DNA of 64,000 nucleotides. It comes from Paracoccaceae bacterium. GTDB taxonomy: Bacteria; Pseudomonadota; Alphaproteobacteria; Rhodobacterales; Rhodobacteraceae. Shown here piece by piece: positions 1 to 7,410 of this stretch. The notes under the pieces were generated by a model that was not told where the DNA came from, searched no databases, and was given only the letters and a program-made list of their open reading frames with translations. Within the stretch, counting starts at the first letter, position 1; each line of letters begins with the position of its first letter. The stretch is from the NCBI GenBank assembly GCA_965221845.1, contig OZ244919.1, positions 698,334 to 762,333 on the forward strand, written 5' to 3'. Both the position numbers and the translations under genes were made by a program.

Positions 1-561
1 GCATTTGCCAATCGCCCCTGATCCCAGGCTTTTGTACCGGTTAACCCGGATGGTGGGGGTGTCGATCTCGACCCACAATTCATTTCTTCGGCCGTAACCT
101 ATCGGCTGCATCGCCTTGAACGTGCCCATGCCTGTAGTCGATGAGCTCGAGGTCCAGTAGACATTCCCGATATGGTCTTCGCCATCCGCAACGGTGACAC
201 CTCGGAATACGTTGGTGGGATTGCCATTGAAGTCCGTGTATCTTCGGCCTGGGTACCCACCGGCGTCTTTGGCGATGTTCCACGCGTTGATATTTTCTGT
301 TGTCGCTTGGCCCTCGCCGTCGGTGGCACCATACGCGACCGCCGCGACACCAGTCCCATCTGTGTTCAGGGTGGCAGTGATGCAGACGCGCTGCCCCCAA
401 TCCGCTATCGCCTGACTCTCGTTCTTGGCGACGGCGGCGGTGTCAATATTTGTGGAGAAATCAGTCTGCGCATGTGCCGGGTCCAGCCTCAGTGCGAGTG
501 TCGCGATCAGGAAAGCGGCAGCAAGACCTTTATAAGGGGGGGGGGGGGTCAGTCGGATCAT
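1..561 (-). CDS. hypothetical secreted protein, N-terminal 187 codons (3' end lies outside the window)
   Basis: My own minus-strand translation from ATG 559-561 has no stop down to position 1. It is absent from the ORF track because it runs off the edge. AGGGAG lies about 10 nt upstream. The N-terminus MIRLTPPPPYKGLAAAFLIATLALRLDPAHA looks like a signal peptide. The Asn/Thr/Ile-rich composition is unlike GC-driven shadow ORFs. No family recognised. Confidence 0.5.
   Translation of the reverse strand, partial: MIRLTPPPPYKGLAAAFLIATLALRLDPAHAQTDFSTNIDTAAVAKNESQAIADWGQRVCITATLNTDGTGVAAVAYGATDGEGQATTENINAWNIAKDAGGYPGRRYTDFNGNPTNVFRGVTVADGEDHIGNVYWTSSSSTTGMGTFKAMQPIGYGRRNELWVEIDTPTIRVNRYKSLGSGAIGKC
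536..548. repeat. G13 homopolymer (C13 on the coding strand) inside codons 5-9 of the secreted-protein gene
   Basis: Counted directly: tataa + 13 g + tcag. It encodes the PPPP stretch of the signal-peptide n-region. Confidence 0.9.
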
Positions 562-679
562 AGAGTGGATCTCCCTTGGATTGTGGCCGCCGGGCGCCAT
601 GTCCGCTACCCTGCAGCGCTGATCAGTGGACCAAGGGTGGCAGGACCGAGCGATGCTGTCAAGCCGGCGCGTTACGTGG

Positions 680-823
680 GGGTGTAGCCCAGATTGTTTG
701 ATCGAGCCCCAATGGTCCAGCTTGCCCGCTGTTCGAGAATGTCTGACAGCCTTGTTTTCTTGATGGAACGATGGTGCAGCAGCGCCAGCGAATCATGGCG
801 GTCAACAAATTTGGGATGCACCC
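680..823. mobile_element. 144-bp miniature ISKra4-type element (MITE-like)
   Basis: The left end gggtgtagcccagatt and right end aatttgggatgcaccc match the termini of the large ISKra4-type copies at 11231 and 53897. It is flanked by a perfect 9-bp direct repeat GTTACGTGG (671-679 and 824-832). It is too short to encode a transposase. Confidence 0.55.
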
Positions 824-824
824 G

Positions 825-2296
825 TTACGTGGGGGCCGGGTAGGAGGGGTCGTTGCCGAGCCCCTCCCCCCACAGAGCCGGACGTGCCCGCATCAGGGCA
901 TCCGGTTCCTCGCATGTCGGGTTCGCCCGGGAAGCGTGGATCGACCGCCTGACCCTGGCTTGCGGCAGGGGGAATCGGGCCAGGATGGCATTGAACCTCT
1001 CCCGGTTGATCGATCCGTTGCGGTGGCGTCGTCCGGGCCAGCGCCGCCGGCTTCCGGGCACGGCTGTCCGGAAGGCGGAGAGCCGTTTGCCGTTGCCCGT
1101 CAGGCCGTAGCAGGCGCAGTGTCCCCGGATCACGCCGGCGAGATGCCGGCATTGATCCCCGAGCGGCATGTGCCGATGCTCCCTGCACCGGTTCCACACC
1201 GTCTTGACGGCCCGCGCGAGACGCGCCTTGGCGGTGAACCGCCTCACGACCCGGCGTCCCCTCCGTGACTTCCCCCAGAGGTGGGTGAAGCCGGGAAAGC
1301 CGGACCGGTTCCGCGTGTCATGTCCACCGGCCGTTGGCCGGAAGTCCACGTACCGCGTCCTGGTCGGGTGGAGCGAAAGCCCGGACCTCGCAAGACGCGC
1401 ACCCGGCACGGCGAGCACGCGCTCGCCGTCCCTGCGGCTTCGAAAGGCGATGACAAAGTCATCCGCATGGCGCACGAGCCGGAAGGCCCCCACTCTGGGT
1501 CGCACCGTCTCCATCATCCATCCGTCCAGCACATGGTGCAGGAAAACGTTCGACAGAATCGGTGACACTGCCCCGCCCCGGGGCGTTCCGGTGTCCGGGC
1601 GCTGAAGGACGCCCGAATCCGGAACCCCCGCCTTCAGCCACCTGTCGATCATGCGGCGTGTCACGCCGTCCCTGGTCCGCAGGTCGGGAAGGTCCCGGAG
1701 GCGTCGGCGGTCGATCCTGTCAGGGCAGGACCCGACGTCGGCGCCGGTCACCCGTCGCAGACCCTCCACGGCCAGCCCCTCCCGCAGGTCGCCGGGTGCG
1801 TCGCGGGCCGGTCGGCCGGGCCGGAAGCCGTACGGGCAAGGCAGGAAGTCCGCCTCGTGGACCGGCTCCGGAACCGTCACGATGGCCCGCTGCGCCACCT
1901 TGTCTTCCAGTGTGGGAATGCCAAGCGGCCGCTGCCTCCCGTCCCCCTTGGGGATGAAACGGCGGCGAACCGGGGGCGCGCTGCAGCTGCCGGACCTGAT
2001 CCGGTCGGGAGGTCCGAAGGCCTGGCCTCAAGGTCCGTCCCGTATTCGGCTGCCGTCACGCCGTCCACGCCCGCCGCCCCGTCCCTGCGGGTGAGGTGCC
2101 AGGCCATGAGCATCCACTCAAGGTCGATGTGGTGATGCAGTGCGGTGAACACCAGTTCCGGGCAGGCTCTCGCCCGTTCGGCTGTCCGCTCGTGTTTCGC
2201 TGGCACGTTGGCAAGGCTCTGCGTCTTCACGCGTTTCCCTCCTTCGGTTCCGTCCATGCGACGCCCCGCTTCCCTCCGCCGGGTCCCGACGGACAC
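825..2296 (-). pseudogene. group II intron reverse transcriptase/maturase, split by one frameshift near 2000-2030
   Basis: ORFs 1877..2296 (FTALHHHIDLEWMLMAWHLTRRDGAAGVDGVTAAEY) and 825..1898 (IPKGDGRQRPLGIPTLEDKVAQRAIV upstream of its Met, GGAVSPILSNVFLHHVLD, RHADDFVIAF, maturase-like CACYGLTGN). The reading frame changes at DLEAR / PDRIRSGSCSAPPVRR. Confidence 0.85.
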
Positions 2297-2838
2297 GGTT
2301 CCCCGGCCTCGACGGCACTGTCAGGGCGCTGCGACTCCCGGCTCCGCCTCCCTTGGGCCTGTTGCTTCGCCGTCCGGCACCGTGCGTTCCCGCATCGTTC
2401 GTGCTGTCGCTCGCGCGCTCCCGGAGCGGGTACGGGTCCGCGCCGGGCCAGGGTCCTGATTGTTCACGCTGGCCAATCCCGCTCCAGCGATGCCCCGCAC
2501 GGACGGGGCCGGGCCTCCCGGGTTCCCCGGTGATCCGTCCCGTGGCTTTGCGACGTTCTCCGGCCCCGGTCGGCCCGGTCCGCCTCGCCGGTGGCGGCGT
2601 TCCCGGTGCCGCCCCCGCTGTCACGGTCACGAAGGCGCCGGCATCGGGAGTTTCGGGACCCGTCAGGTCGCTTCGCCACCCGCCGCCTGCGCTTCACGAC
2701 GCACGTTGCCATGCGCCATGCAGGGCTCGCTTCCGGCTGGCGGGCTGCGCCTTTGCCGGACGGGAGCCGGACCCGCTGGATCACGATGAAAGGTTTCAGG
2801 TCATCCTGTCCTCCTTTCCAGGGCTTGGCCTGGCGCAA
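840..2838 (-). mobile_element. group II intron, apparently decayed (boundaries provisional)
   Basis: It contains an RT/maturase ORF. About 540 nt lie upstream of the ORF, which suits domains I-III. A 34-nt domain V-like hairpin (875-908) and a GNRA-capped hairpin (843-867) are followed by UAC at 842-840. The 5' end reads UUGCGCC rather than GUGYG and abuts an IS terminal repeat. Confidence 0.6.
875..908 (-). ncRNA. group II intron domain V-like hairpin
   Basis: Minus-strand RNA is GAACCGGAUGCCCUGAUGCGGGCACGUCCGGCUC. It has the canonical 9-bp lower helix, a 2-nt AC bulge on the 3' strand and a 5-bp upper helix. The triad reads AAC (not AGC) and the loop GAUG is not GNRA. Confidence 0.45.
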
Positions 2839-2855
2839 TGTGGTTCTCGTATGGT

Positions 2856-3474
2856 TCACCATTTGAACCACTGATGCTCTGCCCGCGAATCACGCGGCGC
2901 GCGCGACCTGCGCCACCGGGCGGTTGTCGTTGGCGCATTCCGGGGGCTTCCAGCCGCCGTGGCGGCCCGTGCCCGGTACCGGCGCGGCCCAGGCCCGGTC
3001 GAGGCGTCCGGACCCGGGGACGACCGGAAGGCCGGGCGCCCTGACCGCCGTCGCGTCCCCGGCCCTGTCCCGGGCGCTTCATCCTCGCCGTCACCAGGAC
3101 CTTGCTGGCGGACTCCGCTGAACCCGAACCGGTCGGGTGGCCCGCTTCGGCGGCGTCCGCGCATTCCATGCGGCGGCGGTTGCTGCGCAGGAAGGCCGGC
3201 TCCCGCCGGACGTCGCCGGTTCCCTTCCCCTTCGGCGGCAGATGCCGCAGCGCGTCGACCGCCCTGCCGACGCCCCCGGGATCGTGGGGCGGGACGTGCC
3301 GCCACCTCCCGGACCAGGCCGTTCCCTCTGCCGTGTCCGGGCCGAAGGCGGCGTCGGCCGCGGCGCCCGGATGCCGGGCCGCGTGCCGGAAGTCCGTCAG
3401 GGTCACGTCGGGGACCGGCGATTCCAGGAAGGCCCGGTTGTCCTTCGCGCCGTCCGCGACCGCCGCAGGCTTCA
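2856..3474 (-). pseudogene. transposase C-terminal part of the 2839-5552 element (frameshifted)
   Basis: The FLRSNRRRMECADAAEAGHPTGSGSAESASKVLVTARMKRPGQG motif (GSG..ES..K...R.K) is in ORF 2801..3796. The tail continues in another frame (ORF 2856..3305, ...AEHQWFKW) and stops just inside the terminal repeat. Confidence 0.5.
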
Positions 3475-4436
3475 GAGCTTGACCTAAAATGTGGATGGCC
3501 TCCCCCAGATGTGGCAAATCCCTGTCAGTTTCCACCCAGACAAGGAGGACACAATGGCCTGGGATGAGACCACCCGCGAAGAGCATGACCGCAAGTCGGA
3601 GCGATATGAAACCGACCTGACCGACGAGGAATGGCTTCTGGTCGAGCCGCTGCTTCCGGCCCCGGCGAAGCTTGGCCGCCGCCGGACGACCGACCTGCGC
3701 GAGACGTTCAATGCGATCCAGTACATGCTGGCCACGGGATGCCAGTGGCGGGCGATTCCCAAGTGCTTTCCGCCCTCTGCGACCGTCCAGAACCACTCCT
3801 GCGCGTGGCGCGACAACGGCGTCCTGTGGAACGGATGCTGGACGTGCTGCGCACGCTGGGCCGTGCGCAGGCGGGGCGCGAGGCGCAGCCGACGGCGGCC
3901 GCGACCGGCAGCCAGTCGGTGAAGACGACGGAGGCGGGCGGGCCGGCGGGTTGCGACGCGGGCAAGAAGGTCAAGGGGCGCAAGCGGCACCTGACGGTGG
4001 ACGTCGAGGGGTTCCCGATCGCGCTCCGGGTGCACGAGGCGGACGTGCAGGACCGGGACGGGGCGCCGGCCGTCATCCTGGCGATGCTGGAGAAGGCGCC
4101 GCAGGTGACGAAGCTGTGGGCGGACGGCGGCTACGCGGGTCCGAAGCTCGAGGCCGCGCTGGCGGAGCACGGCCTGGGGCCGGTCATCGAGATCGTGCAG
4201 AGGCCCAGGGAAACAAGGGGATTCACGGTCCCGTGCCGCCGCTGGGTGGTGGAGCGGACGTTTGCGCGGATGTCGCGGTGCCGGCGCCCGGGCCGAAGGA
4301 CTCCGGGCGGACGCTGGAGAGCTCGCTGGCCTGGGCGCAGCTCGCGGCGTGCCGGTTCCTGATGCGCCGGGTGGCGCGGGGCCAGGCGGCTGGAATCTCT
4401 TAACATATTGATATTATTGAATTATGATTCAAGCTC
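3475..4436 (+). mobile_element. IS5-family (IS1031-group-like) element, copy 1
   Basis: Ends are gagcttgacctaaaat ... gattcaagctc. 3-bp direct repeat TCA (3472-3474 and 4437-4439). Near-identical to the copy at 23092-24049. Confidence 0.85.
3554..4403 (+). pseudogene. IS5-family transposase, frameshifted
   Basis: It has the same N-terminus as the intact copy (MAWDETTREE...). A 2-bp insertion near 3826 (cctgTGgaacgg versus cctggaacgg in copy 2) and further changes near 4290 break the frame. Confidence 0.85.
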
Positions 4437-4489
4437 TCAGGCCGGGGTTGCGTTCCAGCCAGCGGAGCGCCCCGGCCCCGGCCGCGGCT

Positions 4490-5311
4490 TCAGGCTCGTC
4501 CTTCCCCGCTCCGGGAGGCGCCCGAAGCATCGGCTCCCGGCATGCTGCCATCGGCGCCGGCCAGGGCCACGACGCCGCACGACGCCCCGCGCCAGCCGGC
4601 GTCAGTCGGCTTTCCGTCCGCCGTCCCGGCGTTCATGCGCATCATCACCCCGCCGGGCGGGACCGGCAGCGAGACCGCCCCCTCGGGCATGTCCTCCCGC
4701 TCACGGAGATCCGGCATGATCTCGCCGGAGCGTTCCTCCATGCGGCTCCCGGCCTCCCCGGACAGCCGGACCAGGGACGCCGTCGAGGGGCCGCTCCCGC
4801 ACAGCCGCCGCCACGCGTCCCCGCTCTCGCGGGCCGTCAGGCCGCCCGTCAGATGCATCGAGAGGCCCGCCGCCGCCGGCGCCGTCCCGCACGGCGTCAG
4901 GCCGAGGACGGCCTCGGCCGGAACCAGCGACGCGCCGGTCCCCGAGGGGCGATGCCGCGAACGGAGGAAGCCGGCCGGCCCGAACACCGTCATCGCGCGG
5001 CCCGGCGTGGCCCCGGCCCTCCGGCATGTCCGGCCGCTGGCCCCGGCCGAGTCGCCGCGGTCGCCAGGCGTCTCGAACGCGTCCGCCAGGACCGAACGGG
5101 CCATGCCGAAGACCATGTCGCGGAACGCGGCCTCGGCCCGCAGCGGGTCGTCCCGGCAAAGGGCCGCGACGTCCGCCGCCAGGCCGGCCTCGGCGGCCCG
5201 CCCGGCGAGGGCGGCACCCGCCTTCGCCAGGCGCTCCGCCGCCGCCGCGACGGATTCCCCGCCTCCGTCATCGATGTTGGCAACCGGTGTTTCAGGCTGC
5301 AGGCTTTCCAT
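4490..5311 (-). pseudogene. transposase N-terminal part of the 2839-5552 element
   Basis: ORF 4490..5374, start taken at MESLQPETP (ATG 5309-5311, AAGGAG upstream). The LVPAEAVLGLTPCGTAPAAAGL...STASLVRLSGEAG segment resembles the N-terminal half of ISKra4-type transposases. Confidence 0.5.
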
Positions 5312-5564
5312 CGGAGTGCTCCTTTCCGCCCCCGTCCAGGGGCGTTTGAGGTTTTGCCAGGAGCACCCTGCCACACCCCGGATACAGGGCCAGGAACGGC
5401 GGCCGACAGGGGCAGACGTGGAAAAATCCCGGTCCGCGCCGCGGATTTTCGCGGAATCGGCCAGATCAGGGGCGATCTCCGGATCCGGCTTGGGAAAAAT
5501 CGCTTGATTTCAGGATATTGTAAAAACGGTAGTCCGCCATACGAGAACCACACCCGTTACGTGG

Positions 5565-6186
5565 GGGTGTAGTTCAGATTTTTGACCCCGGCGGTCTGTT
5601 ACGCCATCCATGCGGCGTGCCGTGCAAGTGTCGGGCGAGCCGGCCGGCGGCGCGCGTCGAGGCAGATGCAGGAGTGCGCGTCATGACGAAGAGCGAAGGG
5701 AGCCGGGTGCACCGCCATCCGGACACGGTGGATTGTCTGGAGGGCCTTCCTGAGGACGAGGCACCGGCGCGGGCGGCGTTGCCGAAACCGGCGGCCGCGC
5801 CGTGCCCGCCCCTGCCGCCGCCGCGGCCCCATGGGCGGCGTCAGCGCGAAGAGCTGGCGCCGGCGGCGAACTTTCGCCGACAGGCGGCTGTCGTGCGCCC
5901 CCGCGGACCTCGGCGAGGTCGCGGCGGTTCCGGTCGCCGACGCCGAGAGGGGCCTGGCGCGGGCGATGATGGCCACGCACCACCCCGAGGGCGACGCCGC
6001 CTGTCCCGGCGGTCGCATCCGCTACTGGATCCGCTCACCGTCGCACGGCGGCGGCGTTCATGGACAGGCCGCAGGTCGACAGCGACGGGCTTCCCGTGAC
6101 GGAGGCCGGAACGGTGGAGGCAGGCCGATGGTTCCCGCCCGTTCGGGGCGGCGCGATGCCGTCCTTCGCGGGCGTGGACGGCAGAT
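5565..6186 (+). mobile_element. ISKra4-type left-end fragment joined to unrelated remnant sequence
   Basis: gggtgtagttcagattt and the first codons (SEGSRVHRHPDTVDCLEGLPEDEA) match the copies at 11231 and 55396 for about 200 bp. The sequence then diverges and ends at the stop of the neighbouring gene. Confidence 0.45.
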
Positions 6187-7407
6187 TCAGTGCCATTCAG
6201 AACCCTTTGCATGCAGCCGAACCATGAACCGCTCGTCCAGTTCGACCAGGTCGGGCTCAGTGCCGTTATGTTCCTTCATGCCCTTGACGATTTTCCGGGG
6301 AATCCCCATTCCCATGTGTTCCAGATATCGATAGTCGCGCATCACGTCCTTCAGCAGCTGGTTTCGCGCTGCCCGCGTCCCCGTCCGCATTCGATCCGGC
6401 GTTATGCCGTTGGGCGGCAAGCCCGGCGAAAGGATTTCCAGCCGGTCGCAGTACACCGCCAGCACGACATCCGTGCTCGTGAGCAGGTAGTCGCGGTGTA
6501 TGAGGGCGTTTACGATTCCTTCGCGAAGGGCATCACGGGGATAGGCAGGACGCTCCACGCGTCGTCCACCCAGCGCCTCGACGACCACGGGCGTGTTGCG
6601 CTGCACGAAATCCATGGCCTGTTCGACCAGGCCGTTTTCGACGATGCCGCCACCCTCGTCCAGCAAAGGTGCCATGGGACCGCGAAGAGCCGTGCGTTCC
6701 CGCGCATCGTAGTCCTTTTCCGTTCCGGGATAGGCGACGGCGTCCATCCCGGCATGTGGCAGGAACCGGTTCGGCGTCTTGCCAAACAGCAGCATGCCGC
6801 CGACGGATACGCCTTCCTCGGTCATGATCTCGGTGTTGACGAGAAGCGACTGCCACGCTTCCCCGTCTTCCTCGGCCGGCACGTCCTGCTGCCGGATGTC
6901 CCCGAAATAGTTTCGCAGCCGCCGGCGGTCCAGATCCGCGTGCGAGGCACCCGACACGGGCTGCAGTTCGGCGCGAACCGACCCTCTCCTTTGGAACAGG
7001 CGTGCGAGCTCTTCCCGACTTGCCTCCCGGCTTTGCGTCCCGACCCGCATCAGGTACCTGTTGGTGCTGTTGTGCCAGAGCGCATGCACGTCGTAGCCGG
7101 GCGTCACGCGGACGATGGCGATGTCGTTGCCGTCCCTGACATCGCGGACCACCTCGAAGAACGGAACGATTTCCGGCCTGATCTTGTCGCGGCAAACATT
7201 CATTGTCCATTCCTCGAGGTTGTCCCGGGTCAGGCCCGTGACCGATCCGTCGTCCTCGACTCCCAGAAGCACGATGCCGCCCGCGAGGTTCGAGAAGGCG
7301 ACCAGTTCCCTCGCGAGGTCCTGGGGGCTCAGATCGTCCCTCTTGAATTCCACGCCGGAGCTTTCGCCGTTCGCCAGGATTTCCAGCAATTCGTTGCGTG
7401 TCGTCAT
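6187..7407 (-). CDS. AlbA_2 (Schlafen-type) DNA-binding domain + HATPase_c_4 domain protein (RecG-C-terminal-like putative regulator/ATPase)
   Basis: 406-aa ORF. N-terminal ESSGVEFKRDDL...AFSNLAGGIVLLGVEDDGSVTGL is typical of AlbA_2. C-terminal REGIVNALIHRDY...DRLEILSPGLPPNGIT...RNQLL...EHMGMGI is typical of HATPase_c_4. It lies 3 nt downstream of the preceding gene on the same strand. Confidence 0.8.
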   Translation of the reverse strand: MTTRNELLEILANGESSGVEFKRDDLSPQDLARELVAFSNLAGGIVLLGVEDDGSVTGLTRDNLEEWTMNVCRDKIRPEIVPFFEVVRDVRDGNDIAIVRVTPGYDVHALWHNSTNRYLMRVGTQSREASREELARLFQRRGSVRAELQPVSGASHADLDRRRLRNYFGDIRQQDVPAEEDGEAWQSLLVNTEIMTEEGVSVGGMLLFGKTPNRFLPHAGMDAVAYPGTEKDYDARERTALRGPMAPLLDEGGGIVENGLVEQAMDFVQRNTPVVVEALGGRRVERPAYPRDALREGIVNALIHRDYLLTSTDVVLAVYCDRLEILSPGLPPNGITPDRMRTGTRAARNQLLKDVMRDYRYLEHMGMGIPRKIVKGMKEHNGTEPDLVELDERFMVRLHAKGSEWH

Positions 7408-7410
7408 GCC

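Larger units (their letters stand above)
2839..5552 (-). mobile_element. IS element with 16-bp terminal inverted repeats and an ISKra4/ISLre2-type transposase, split by an IS5 copy
   Basis: tgtggttctcgtatgg at 2839-2854 is the exact reverse complement of 5537-5552. The internal minus-strand transposase pieces lie on either side of the IS5 insertion at 3475-4436. No matching target duplication is present. Confidence 0.55.

Noticed and set aside
875-908. Reading the domain V-like hairpin on the plus strand, where it shows a perfect GAGCCG...CGGUUC
   Set aside because: The plus-strand version puts the 2-nt bulge on the wrong (5') side. It would also place the ribozyme opposite to the RT ORF, with no room for domains I-IV upstream. 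The minus-strand reading fits the ORF (EEPDA...) and the canonical bulge position.
671-5564. GTTACGTGG as a preferred target sequence of the ISKra4-type elements
   Set aside because: The two full-length copies have unrelated 9-bp duplications (CAAAGAACC and AGCCGCTCG). The recurrence is better explained by duplication or recombination of one insertion site.
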